Shown here piece by piece: positions 13,082 to 25,619 of a stretch of 64,000 bases of DNA. How positions within the stretch are numbered: the first letter of the stretch is position 1; every line of letters starts with the position of its first letter. This stretch comes from Octopus bimaculoides (taxonomy: Eukaryota). Position numbers and translations under genes: made by a program. The notes below the pieces were generated by a model. That model did not search any database, was not told the origin of the DNA, and saw only the letters and a list, made by a program, of their open reading frames with translations. The DNA lies in contig NC_068983.1 of the NCBI RefSeq assembly GCF_001194135.2, positions 3,566,387-3,630,386 on the forward strand, in the 5' to 3' direction.

Positions 13082-13522
13082 ATGTTGGCTTGGCGATAAC
13101 TATTAATTTCCAGTACCGCTGCTGTAGTCTCCCTTAGAGAGACTTAGAAATATTAATAACTCTATTTCTGAAAACCAGTGGATAGATTCCACTGAAATTA
13201 GATAAATAACCTCTGAACAGACAGTCAGTAGCGCCGCCTGGCTGGAGCATGGCTGCTCTGCATTGACAAGGGGCAACACCCTGAAACTAGTCTGCAGATG
13301 CCAAACCAGCAAGGGGAAACTGCTGACCTCCCCTGTTCGAAGATTATAAAGGACACAGACTCCGTGTGTCATATAGCTAGCTAGAGGCGATGGCTTCTTG
13401 GAGCTAATTCACGGCAGCTTTCGTCCTAATTTTGGGACTGCCATGTTGGCTTGGCGATAACTATTAATTTCCAGTACCACTGCCGTAGTCTCCCTTAGAG
13501 AGACTTAGAAATATTAATAACT
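13082..13522 (+). mobile_element. Retrozyme-like unit (family C): 361-bp period, 80-bp terminal direct repeat
   Basis: 13082-13161 and 13443-13522 match at 78/80; contains a hammerhead fold and several hairpins; homolog at 26340-26600. Confidence 0.7.
13257..13298 (+). ncRNA. Minimal type I hammerhead ribozyme, decayed core (family C)
   Basis: TCTGCA-TTGACAA-GGGG caaca CCCT-GAAA-C TA G-TC-TGCAGA: 6-bp stem I, palindromic stem III ACTAGT; core deviates from CTGACGA at 2 positions. Confidence 0.65.
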
Positions 13523-13544
13523 ATATATATGTATATATATATTC

Positions 13545-13865
13545 TTTTATTTGTTTTATTTTGAGTGCAGCCATGCTGGAGCACCGCCTTTAGTTGAACA
13601 AATCGACCCCAGAACTTATTCTTTATAAGCCTACATCGGTCTCTTTTGCCGAACCACTAAGACATAAACACATCAACATCAGTTGTCAAGCGATGGTAGG
13701 AGGAAAAACACACACACACACACACACATACAAATATATATATTTCAGTTTGCATCAACCAAATCCATTCACAAGACTTTGATCGGACTGAGGCTATAGT
13801 AGAAGACACATGCCCAAGGTGCCACGCAGTGGGACTGAACAAGGAACCATGTGATTGGGAAGCAC
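13545..13865 (-). mobile_element. CORE-like SINE, full length
   Basis: Reverse complement has head, gtggcaccttgggcatgtgtctt, (TG)n spacer and 3' half. Confidence 0.8.
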
Positions 13866-13878
13866 AGCCATGCTTGTG

Positions 13879-13913
<35 letters not shown>

Positions 13914-14084
13914 TCATCATCATCATCATCATCATCATCGTTTAACGTCCGCTTTCCATGCTAGCATGGGTTGGACGATTTGACTGAGGACTGGTGAAAA
14001 CGGATGGCAACACCAGCCTCCAATCTGATTTGGCAGAGTTTCTACAGCTGGATGCCCTTCCTAACGCCAACCACTCAGAGAGTG

Positions 14085-14130
<46 letters not shown>

Positions 14131-15016
14131 TGTATATACAACCTTCTACATATACTTATATATATATATTCTCTAATTCTTTTATTCTTTCACTTGTTTC
14201 AGGGTAATCTGTAAATGTGGTAGACATGACAATTAGATAGATTAATCAAGTGTGAGTAAATGAAAGTCAGTGTGAAACAAATGAGTCGGGGGAGAGGGAG
14301 AAAGGAGGAATGCTTACAGAAGTTTTCGTTTGACCCAGTGACATTGTTTCTCGTTCAGCCCCAAAACCATCTGCAACAGAGTGTTACAATCGCAAACAGA
14401 GAATTGACCCCTTTGGCTGGTCAGTTGGTCATATTTATAACAGTCTGCAACCGATAGAAAGATGGACAAACCTTAGCTAAAAATTCAGGTTAGATCCGGT
14501 TCATCTGAAATTAGTTTCACCAAGCTGGTTATTAAAAACTCATCAAGCATTGTTTCAATTAACAAGAAGTTTTCCCCCACCCCCGCTACTGATTTGACAG
14601 GTGAAAGTACGACCAGTAATTCTGAGATGCGGTTTCAAATCTCAGGCAGGGTCAAGCTAGATCCCTACATGCTAACAGTTGAAAATTCAAATTTCAAAAG
14701 AACTCCAAATATTTTTCACTTAAACTGAATTTAAAGTAATATGGTCTTGGTAGGGTACCAACAACTGCTTTATTACTATTGCTTGCTTTAGTTTGGGGCT
14801 GCAGGACCAATNNNNNNNNNNNNNNNNNNNNNNNNNNNNNNNNNNNNNNNNNNNNNNNNNNNNNNNNNNNNNNNNNNNNNNNNNNNNNNNNNNNNNNNNN
14901 NNNNNNNNNNNNNNNNNNNNNNNNNNNNNNNNNNNNNNNNNNNNNNNNNNNNNNNNNNNNNNNNNNNNNNNNNNNNNNNNNNNNNNNNNNNNNATATATA
15001 TATATATATATATATA

Positions 15017-15070
15017 CAGGGGTTGAACAAAATAATGGAAACACCTTAAAATTTCAAACAAATTTATTTT
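15017..15070 (+). mobile_element. Tc1-like terminal inverted repeat fragment
   Basis: TA followed by CAGGGGTTGAACAAAATAATGGAAACACC; no partner TIR seen. Confidence 0.5.
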
Positions 15071-15117
15071 AATATGGGGTAGTATAACCAAAACTGCAAA
15101 GACAATCTGGAACTCAA

Positions 15118-15510
15118 TTGACAAAAGAAAACTCCAGTGATTGGTGTAGCAGCATTACAGTCAACTGCTACAAAGGCAAAAGTGATGCCCTAGACAGAAT
15201 TAATTACAGAGGCATCAAATTTCTGGACCAGGTGATGAAAATGACCCTTTCTGTAGAAAGGGTCATAACTCAATTATTTAGGAAGAGAGTTAGCATAGAT
15301 GTGATGCAGTTTAGATTTTTGCCAAGGAGAAGCATCACTGATGCTATCTTCCTGGGGAGGCAACTGTAGAAGATCTTGGCCCAAAATAGACCTCTGTATT
15401 TGGCTTTTATTAATATGGAGAAAGCCTTTGACAGGGTTCCCTGCAGAAGCTAAGGATAAATGAGTGGTTGGTGAGGACTGTACAAACCATGCACATGGAT
15501 GTTGTCAGTA
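15118..15510 (+). mobile_element. RTE reverse transcriptase fragment
   Basis: DWCSSITVNCYKGKSDALDRINYRGIKFLDQVMK...QFRFLPRRSITDAIFLGRQL; downstream MEKAFDRV. Confidence 0.85.
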
Positions 15511-16286
15511 GCAGATTCTATATCAATCCAGCAGAGGAAACAACACTGATTTTGTTTTGAGAGATTCGCCTGTAGATGTCATAACTCTAACACATCTCTG
15601 TACCTCACCAAATAAATACTGGTTAAATTAAATGTTCCAGGTATCAGGACAAACCATACAAGTTTACTACAAAAGAGCAAACACTCAAGTTTTGCTTAAT
15701 TAAACAAATTTATTGCACAAAAAAGAAAAAAAACTCGTAAATTATACCTGCATACAATACAACAATTAAAGGAAAATACTCAAACGAAACATCGGGCAAG
15801 CAACTGCACATGATCTTCAAAACACAAACATAAACATACACACACACACACATACACATCATCATCATCATCATCCTCATCATCATAATCCTCAACATCA
15901 TCACCATCATCATCATCATTACCATCATCGTTATCATCATTATCATTGTCATCATTTAACGTCCGTTGTCCATGCTGGCATGGGTCGGACGGTTTGACCG
16001 GGGCTGGCAAGGCTGGAGAGCTGCTCAGATTCCATTGTCTGTTTTGGCCTGGTTTCTACAGTTGGATGCCCTTCCTAATGCCAACCACTTCACAGAATGT
16101 ACTGGCTGCTTTTTTATGTGGCACCAGCACAGGGGATTTTATGTGGCACACATACGGATTCTTTCATTTTGTGGGGATAAAACGTTTCGATGTCTTCTAA
16201 CTTTCTGTAAATATTCAACAAAACAATACATACTTTCACTACATGTGTTGCTAAATTTTAAATCCTCTATCAAATCATATATGTAC

Positions 16287-16730
16287 TGCTAAGCCTTGCA
16301 CATGTTGCTAAGCTTTGCTTGTGTTGCTAAGCCTTGCACATGTTGCTAAGCCTTGCACATGTTGCTAAGCCTTGCACATGCTGCTAAGCTTTGCAGTGCT
16401 GCTAAGCCTTGCACACATTGCTAAGCCTTGCACATGTTGCTAAGCTTTGCTTGTGTTGCTAAGCCTTGCACATGTTGCTAAGCCTTGCACATGTTGCTAA
16501 GCCTTGCACATGTTGCTAAGCGTTGCACATGCTGCTAAGTCTTGCATATGTTGCTAAGCTTTGCAAGTGTTGCTAAGCCTTGCATGTGTTGCTAAGTCTT
16601 GCATGTGTTGCTATGCTTTGCATGTGTTGTTAATCCTTGCATGAGTTGCTAAGCCTTGCATGTGTTGCTATGCTTTGCATGTGTTGCTAAGCCTTGCAAA
16701 TGTTGCTAAGCCTTGCATGTGTTGCTAAAT
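16287..16730 (+). repeat. 19-bp minisatellite (TGCTAAGCCTTGCACATGT), about 23 units
   Basis: Direct tandem periodicity with variant units. Confidence 0.95.
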
Positions 16731-17204
16731 CCAATTTACTAAACCTTGACATCTAGACATATCCTGTCTGACAGATATTGAAGAGCTAAACCCTGTGGAG
16801 AATGCATTTCATTGTTCATAGAACAGAGTCTTCTTCTCCTTCTTCTTCTTCTTCTTCTTCTTCTTCCTTGTGGACCCGTGATGTAAATTAGGTAGAAATT
16901 AGAGCAATGATATTTAGATGTCATTGATAAGAAAAGCAGAATCTAAAACTGTTTGTTTCTGTGGCAGAGAAGTACAAGAACTAATCTTTATTTTCAAATA
17001 TGACTTTCCCCCACCCCTTACTCCACCTGAAATATTTGATGAGAAAAGGTCAAAATCTTATTTTCAGACATTATCTCATTGTTTCCTGCTGGTGAATATC
17101 ACTTTTACTAAAAACACTTTAGCCTCACTTCCTGCAACACTCTTCTTAGTGCTCTGTTCGCATTTATATTGGATATATTTTAGAAAATTACCATATATAT
17201 ATAT

Positions 17205-17803
17205 ATATGAAATCAAAATCGAACCAAATTCGACGACTGGCACCCATGCCGACCTTTCCTTCATTGGACACTAAACTCTGTTTGCGAAGACCTGTTGGGG
17301 CAAGTGAAATCAAAATCGAAATCGTAATTGAACCGTATTCGATAACTGGCACCTGTGCCAGTAGAGCACTAACAGCACCGTCCGAGTGTGATCATTGCCA
17401 GAGCAGTTGTCTGGCTTCTGTGCCAGTGGCACGTAAATAGCACTATTTGAGCGTGACCGTTACCAGTGTCACCATACTGGCACTTGTGCCGGTGGCATGT
17501 TAGAAAACATTCGAGTGAGGTTGTTGCCAGTGCCGCTGGACTAGCTCCTATGCAGGTGGCACGTAAAAAACACCATTTTGAGCGTGGCCGTTGCCACTAC
17601 CGCCTGACTGGCCCTCGTGCCAGTGGCATGTAAAAGCACCCATTACACTCTTGGAGTGGTTGGCATTAGGAAGGGCATCCAGCTGTAGAAACTCTGTCAG
17701 ATCAGATTGGAGCCTGGTGCAGCCATCTGGTTCGCCAGTCCTCAGTCAAGTCGTCCAACCCATGCTAGCATAGAAAGTGGACATTAAACGATGATGATGA
17801 TGA
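17205..17803 (+). mobile_element. RTE 3'UTR-derived repeat
   Basis: Near-identical to 6570-7166, with (GAT)n tail. Confidence 0.85.
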
Positions 17804-17897
17804 TNNNNNNNNNNNNNNNNNNNNNNNNNNNNNNNNNNNNNNNNNNNNNNNNNNNNNNNNNNNNNNNNNNNNNNNNNNNNNNNNNNNNNNNNNNNNN

Positions 17898-17929
<32 letters not shown>

Positions 17930-20397
17930 CAAAGTAAAGTTGTAAGATACTGCACAAGTGGAAATAAATATGAAAGAAGGTTTGAAAATGCAATTTTAAA
18001 GATGTTTATTCACTTGACTGGTTTCACTTTTTTAGAAAAAGATTCTCAAAATTAAAATGTAAAGCTTTGTATAAGCTTTGTTGTGTTAAGTACTGGCCGT
18101 CACAAAAATATTAAAAAACAGAAATGCATTCTTTGATACTAATAAGAAAATGTTAAAAACATGTAGGCCGTTTTTGATTGGTCCCAGAGTTTATTGTGAC
18201 GTGTGTATATGGGTCTGTGTGTATTTTATATTTGGTAGGATGGTGTGTGTATATGTGTGCACGTTTGTGTGTGTGTGTATGTGAGTGATTAATATTTGTT
18301 AGGGTGTTGTGTGTGCGCATGTGTATGTATGTGTTTGTTCGCATGTGTGTGTGTGTGCCTCTGTGTGCGTGTGTATGTTTGTGTGTTTTATGTTGGTGGG
18401 GATGTTATGTGTGTGTATGTGAGTGTGAGATGAATGCTGACAGAAAGGCGATGACAGCAGTGCTGGAAATAGTGTCGGAGAAGTGGGGGGGGGGCAGGAT
18501 AGAAAGATTTGACGAAAGACAGGAAGGAGTCTAGTTGTTCGCGGGAGAGTGAGGTCGCACTGATACAGCTGTCAATATAACAACTGTATAGTTCGGGAGT
18601 GGGACCAGTGAAACATCTGTTGTACCAGCATAGGTGTAGGGGCTAAGGGCTTATGGGACTACTGCCTCCAATAAAGTAGTATTTGTTATTCCACTCATCT
18701 TTCACTTCACTTTCTGCTCTTTCCCTAAACCATTCAACAATTGATCTCATGATATTATTATTTCTTTTACAATCTTTTACAAGTCCGCCGAGGCTAATTC
18801 TAAGTAATTACGATAATCACACGCGCGCACACACACACACACACGCACCCATTCTCTCACTCTCTCTCTCTCTCTCACCCCCTGTAGGGAAATGATGTTG
18901 TCATTGCACCTTGCGCAGTGCAATGTAGGCATTATCTAAGGGTCTTTTCAGCGTCCCTTCGGCCCCGAGCTGCAACTACAATTTTTCTACTACTACCCCT
19001 CCATTCATCTGCTTTCTTCATTCTTGCTGCCCACTATCTCAGATTTATTCTTTTTTTGAACAAAAGATATAAGACACAAGTTAAAAAAGATTCCAAACAA
19101 TTCAACTCCTCTGATTGACTTTAAGACCCCATTAGTAGGGGCCTTAACTCCTACATTTTAGAGCTCCATGTGCTCCATTTTTCAGGAGCAAAAACCTTTG
19201 AATAGGTTTCATAAGATTTGGATTTTGGAATCTGGGCATAAAGATGAGTAGAATGGGATAAATATGTCATGATCAGAATTTTTGTTAGGGTTTGTAAAGA
19301 GGGAAAGAACCCCTATTAAAATTCTTAATCTCCAATTTTGACGAAATTCAAATCATAGATATTCCAGTTCGTTACAGAAAATAGAAAAGAAAAGTCTAAT
19401 TCTTCAATTCAATGTGACATAGGCAATGCCGAGTATCTCTGCTACTATAATTATATAATGTCTTTATATAATTATTANNNNNNNNNNNNNNNNNNNNNNN
19501 NNNNNNNNNNNNNNNNNNNNNNNNNNNNNNNNNNNNNNNNNNNNNNNNNNNNNNNNNNNNNNNNNNNNNNNNNNNATATATGTTCTATACAAAAAAAAAT
19601 GTTACTATATTTTAACTTCAAGAAAACAACTTATCCCACAGGCTCTTAACACACACAACCTGTGTCTGTTTTGTTGTGATCAACAGAGCGAACACTCCAG
19701 CTTGTAGACTAGTTTCTGGGTTCCTCCCTGTCCTCAACACTGGACGTTCGTCTGCTAGAGACGCCAGTTATTCGTCCTTGCTGACAAGATATAAACAAAG
19801 AAGCAACTATGAGTCTCTGATCTCATAACAAACTAAAAATAGCTGGTTTCAAATGTTTCTGAGAGCACAGTGTTATTTCATTATGTTGGCAGATGCAGTT
19901 CATCCAGAATTTTCAACCATTAATGGAAGCAAACAAACAATGGGGGGGGGGAAACGTGGCTTTCTTCATCAGGGTGGAGAGAAAAGAATCTAACATGTGG
20001 CTGTGAAGCAAACTTCTTGCTATACACCCATAGCTCCACCTACAAACCATGCCTAGGCATATATATATATATATATATATATATAGATAGATAGATAGAG
20101 AGAGAGAGAGAGATAGATAGATAGATAGATAGATATGTATATATATGTATGTATATATATGTATATATATATATATAAACGATGTATATATCTATATAGA
20201 TATATAATCGATGTATATATATCTATATATATATATAATCAACCCTAGAACTTATTTTTGTTTAAGCCTAATACTTATTGTCAGTTTCTTTTGTCGAACC
20301 ACTAAGTTATAGGGATGTAAACACACCAACACCAGTTGTCAAGTAGTGGGGAGGGGAGACAAACACAGACAAAGACACACATAAACGCACACATAAA

Positions 20398-22445
20398 TAC
20401 ATCATCATTATCATCATCATCATCATCATCATTTAACATCATTTGTCCATGCTGGCACGGGTTGAAGGCTTGACGAGGGCTGGCAAGCTGAGGGGCTGAA
20501 CCAGATTCCACTCTGATTTGGCATGGTTTCTACGGCTGGATGCCCTTCCTAACACCAACCACTCTGAGAGTGTAATGGGTGCTTTCACATGCCACTGGCA
20601 CAGGTGTCATTTGCGTGACACCAGTATCTGTCATGACTATGATTTCACCCAACTTGATGGTTCGTCCTTCTCAATCACAGCACATTGCCAAAAGTCTCAG
20701 TTATTTGTCATTCCTCCACATCCGATGCTTCTTATGTCCAATTTTTCTCTCAGGGCACTTACAGTCATGTATGCACACTGGCATTACACATCCAGTGAAG
20801 CATACTAGCTTCATTTCTTTCAAGCCTACACATGTCCTCTGCAGTCACAGCCCTGCAGTGTAGCATAGCTGGTCGCATTCAGCCATCAAACAATCTGCCT
20901 TTCACTTTGAGAGAGAGGCTCTTTATTGCCAGCAGGAGTAGGAGCTCTCTGGACTTTGTCCAACCTTATTCTTATACTAGCAGCTATGCTCTCAGAGCAT
21001 CCATACCCGCTACTGACCTGGTCATCTAGGTAATGGAAGCTATCACCTACTTCTAGTTTTCCCCGCTGGCACTTGATGGAGTCTATTTTCTGAACATTTT
21101 TAGCGTTAATCGTACTTATGCAACTTCCACACACAAAGACTAGTTTTCCTGTAAATCTTCCACTGATATTGCTGCACCTCTTATGTGTCCATAGTTTACA
21201 CTGAGTACATCTTATGGAATTTCTACCTATGCCTTTCCTACAGATAGAGCAGGGCCATCTACCCAAAAGCATTTGTGATTTGTCTGCTTTCCTACTTACT
21301 AAGTCTTTGGGTTTTGCTAGGTTGACTCTAAGGCCCTTCAATTCTAGACCTTGCTTCCACACCTGAAACTTCTTCTCTAGTTCTGGTAACGATTGAACTA
21401 TTAGAGCAGGTCATCAGCATAGAGGAGCTCCTAGGGGCAGCCTGTCTTAAATTCCTCTGTTATTGCCTGGAGGACTATGATGAACAAGAGGGGGCTGAAG
21501 ACTAATTCTTGGTGAACCCCTACTTGTACCCTGAATTCTTTGCTATACTTGTTGCCAACCCTCACCTTACAGACAGCATCCCTGTACATAGCAGCAACCC
21601 TGTATAGCTCTCACCAACCACTCATCTATCCCTAGTTTCCACATTGACCATCAGGTAAGGGATCAGAAGACCCTGTCAAAGGCTTTCTCCATGTCAACAA
21701 AAGCCAACTACAGAGGTTTATCTTTGGCCAGGTATTTTTCCTGCAGCTGCCTTACCAGAAATATAGCATCAGTGGCACTTCTCTCTGGCACAAACCAAAC
21801 ATCTCATTTAGACTAACTCTCTCCCTAATTAGTTGGGCTATGACACTCTCTGTGACTTTCATCACCTGATCCAACAATTTGACACCTCTGTAATTATTTC
21901 TATCTAAGGTGTCACCTTTACCTTTGTAGCAATTGACTATGGTACTGTTACACCAGTCATTGTGTACCACATGATGCTGTTACACTAGTCCTTTGTCTAC
22001 CACATGGTTAACTATATTGGTGACTAGACCATAACCTACACTGCCAGATATCTTAAGCATCTCAGTGGTGATTCCTGATGGGCCAGGGGCTTTCCCTGTC
22101 TTCATATCCTTAATTGTTTTATCTACTAAGATCCTGTCAATTCGGATAGCTGGTCCCTCAGTTGGGTCAACATTTGGCAGACTCTCCTTCTCCAATTCAT
22201 TCCCTACATTTAACAGCCTTTCATAATGGCGTTTCCAAGCCTCTTTCTTTGCAGAATCACTAAATGCAAGTGAGCCATCGTCCATGTGGACACATTTCTC
22301 TCCTATGACATCACAGTCTCTCACACACTGATTTGCAATCAGAAACCTTTCAAGTCTCTGGTCCTCATGTCGCAGAACATTGGCAAGCTTGTTTTTCTGA
22401 TAATTTCCCTGGCTAAATATGTCTGGCTCCTAGCTTCCATTCTGA
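20398..22445 (-). mobile_element. RTE LINE, ~2 kb 3' portion (RT with YADD, PHD finger, 3'UTR, (GAT)n tail)
   Basis: KAPGPSGITTEMLK; NYRGVKLLDQVMK; YADD at 21410-21421; C4HC3 cluster at 21120-21251; 3'UTR continuous to the tail; multiple stops and frameshifts. Confidence 0.92.
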
Positions 22446-22518
<73 letters not shown>

Positions 22519-23174
22519 AAACAAGTTTAAAATTAGGGCCGTTAAATTTTTTTCCTTTATTAGAGTAAATATGGCTCACAGCTGTTTCCTGTAGTCATTA
22601 TAGGTACATTACTAATAGGTTTTCTCAATTGATCTATCGATCAATTGAGGCAAATTGAACGAGCTAAGAAAATTAATGCGACTTTCCTTTGTGAGAGTCA
22701 TTTCTGGTTATAACAAAACGGAACACTGAAGGAGTGGTGAGTGCGTGGGGAGGGGGGATGCAAGTAGAAGAAAGGAAAGAAGAAAACAGGTCAGAAAGAA
22801 TTAAGGAAAGGACAGAGGAAGAGGTCACTTTAACCTAAGTAGGGGCTGACCAAAGCTTGGGAAAGGGACAGTCATAAAACATTAGTGCTTTTAGTCAGGC
22901 CAACACACATAACCATATCAGCATTGTTTGTAGGTTAGGTATTGTCCAACTGTTGTGTTGTAATTTGATATGGTGCAGAAGTGGGTGTGTGGTAAGAAGA
23001 CTGCTTCCCACCTACTGATGGAAATATGGAACAATGGAAAGATAGAAACAGAGAGAGAGGGGGGAGAGATCGAGAGAGAGAGAGAGAGAGACAGAGCAAG
23101 AAGAATAGAAATACAGAAGTATGGAAGGACAGAAAGAGAAAAAAAAAAAGAAATGATGGAAAGTCCTACTGCAT

Positions 23175-23204
<30 letters not shown>

Positions 23205-23207
<3 letters not shown>

Positions 23208-23690
23208 TCATCATCATCGTTTAACGTCTGCTTTCCATGCTAGCATGGGTTGGACGATTTGACTGAGGACTGGGGAAACTAGATGGCTACACCAGGCTCC
23301 AATCTGATTTGGCAGAGTTTCTACAGCTGGATGCCCTTCCTAATGCCAACCACTCTAAGAGTGTAATGGGTGCTTTTACGTGCCACCGGCACGAAGGCCA
23401 GTCAGGCGGTACTGGCAACGGCCACACTCGAAATGGTGTATTTTACGTGCTACCTGCACAGGAGCCAGTCCAGCGGGACTGGCAACGAACTCACTCGAAT
23501 GTCTTTTCACGTGCCACTGGCACAAGTGCCGGGAAGGCGATGTTGGGAACGGTCATATATATATGTGTATGTATGTATATACGATAGGCCTCTTTCAATT
23601 TCCATCTACAAAATGCACTCACAAGGCTTTGGTTGCTCTGAAGCTATAGCAGAAGACACTTGCCCAAGGTGCCACACAGTGGGACTTTCC
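23205..23690 (-). mobile_element. RTE 3'UTR-derived repeat plus adjacent SINE head fragment
   Basis: catcatcgtttaacgtctgctttccatgc... to 23560; cttgcccaaggtgccac at about 23660. Confidence 0.75.
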
Positions 23691-25619
23691 ATCATTTCTC
23701 TTTTTCTCTTTCCGTCCTTCCATACTTCTGTATTTCTATAGATAAACACTTGAACTTAAATAACAAATACTCTGAAATCTTTAAGAATAAAGTTAGATTA
23801 GACCATGGCTTAACTTGCAACCTAGCCTTGATCTTAGCCTTGATCAACAATAAAAAGCTAAATGCCTTCAATGAAACTAGGAAAAATAACATAAAACATA
23901 GTAACCAATTGGTAGATATAATAAATGTCATCCCTAAACAAGGTTGAGTGCATGGCTTGCACATGGTTCATAGTCTGCATACCTGTTAATGTTTTTAAGA
24001 AGTGCTTGTAGCCTTTTCGCCAAGCCCTTCATGCTGGAAGCGTTATCGTATGACTGACCATGGATATTTTCAAGTGAAAGCTTATGCTCCTCCAGAAATT
24101 GTGTTATTTTGTTGAACAAGGTCATGGATGAATGCTTTTCTATTGGCAAAAATGCTAAGAATCTCTCACTGGGTTTTCCATTATAACAGTATCAAACCAT
24201 AACTGCCCGCTGGTCAACATGTGTCAATAATAGAGTCACCAATAATTGAGTAGTATTTGATGTCTAGGTTGCTGATTTGATTCACCACATTATCTTTCAC
24301 ATGTCTTCCCATGATTTCAATCAATTATTCATACATGAATTTGGATAGCTAAGTAATATTTACTTTTACATTTTTACATCTCTCTAAATGTTCATGTAAA
24401 AATAGGTCAAACTCTACAATCAGCTGAATGGCCACCCCCATGGAATTTCCATTGTTTGGAGGGTCCCACTTTTTCTCGTGACCTTTAAATGCTAAACCAC
24501 TTTCACTTAAAAACTTTACAACTGCTACAACTCTTTTTTAGTTCTTCAAAATAGTGCTGCATGTTTTTTCTCAATTGTTGATCCAATATTTTTATTTGAC
24601 TTTCGTGTTAACCAACCCAACATTGCTCTTTTATGTTCCATGCTATCTTCATGATTTTCTAGAGTTCTAAGTATATTCATCCAATCAGAAAACCCACCCA
24701 TTGTAAGTGATGTTTGGCATTTAGAAAAATAGTTTCTAAACAAAACAGTACACACAGCCTTTGCTCTTTGAGTCATCTAATCAGGATCTCATCACAGTCT
24801 GACCATTTTTCAATCTTTTTTTCAAAGAACTTGTTTGAGAAACATCGATTTTGCTGTTTGTAAATCTTGTTGGATTCATTATGTACATTATTCTGAAAAA
24901 AAAAAAAGAAAATCTGATGTCTTGCATTAAACAGTTTTGTGTGAAATCTTTATCAATTGATACAGGCCAGCTTGTCAAGTCACTGTATTCTTTGAACTCT
25001 CTAAATTTGCTTCCTGTTTCCTGTTTCTGCTCTCTCTTTTCTCGAAGTTTTTGACCACCATGATCATCATCTGCACCAAAAGTGTCAACAGTAGGTTGAT
25101 TATTGCTAAACAGAGCACTCATGGTTTGTGTCCTGTCATTGACTTCACTGGTGTTTGCATGGCTGGTTTCAGTTGCAGGTGATGACAAACTTTTACTTGA
25201 CATTGTAAAATAGTTTGATAGTTTTTGACATTTAGAAATTTTGTTAGAGTACTTTTCCTTGAGTTGGTGCTTCTGCTGTCTGCTTATATACTTTCTTGAA
25301 AACACTGCTATTCCTCTTGGGGCCTAGACCACTGTATATAAAAAAAAAATTGGGGTAATATTTTCATTAGTCACAGCAAGGCAGAGATCAATCAAAATAA
25401 GGGTCCACAACTTAATATTTTGTCATAAATGAAGAATTGCTCATTTTGTCCAAGGCGATACTCAAACAATTTTTAAAGTGGAAAAAATGCTTTGTTACTG
25501 AACAGATTTTAAGTCCAAAGGTAGGAAGCAAACCTTATCATTGGTCACTGGTCGTTAATTAATGGTGACCCCTGAGAAAATATGAATTTTTATCTCTACC
25601 GTGCTGATGTAGTACTAGA

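Noticed and set aside
13333-13382. Group I intron-like R/S elements (GTTCGAAGATTA ... CATATAG(T)CT)
   Set aside because: Only 4-5 nt lie between the P7-like strand and the next hairpin, leaving no room for P3, and the apparent P4 is hammerhead stem I. A simple extended hairpin explains it
13984-14000. CTGAGGA-ctggt-GAAA in RTE 3'UTR copies
   Set aside because: No stem II pairing, no stem I or cleavage triplet
16287-16730. CRISPR-like array
   Set aside because: Head-to-tail repeats without unique spacers in eukaryotic DNA
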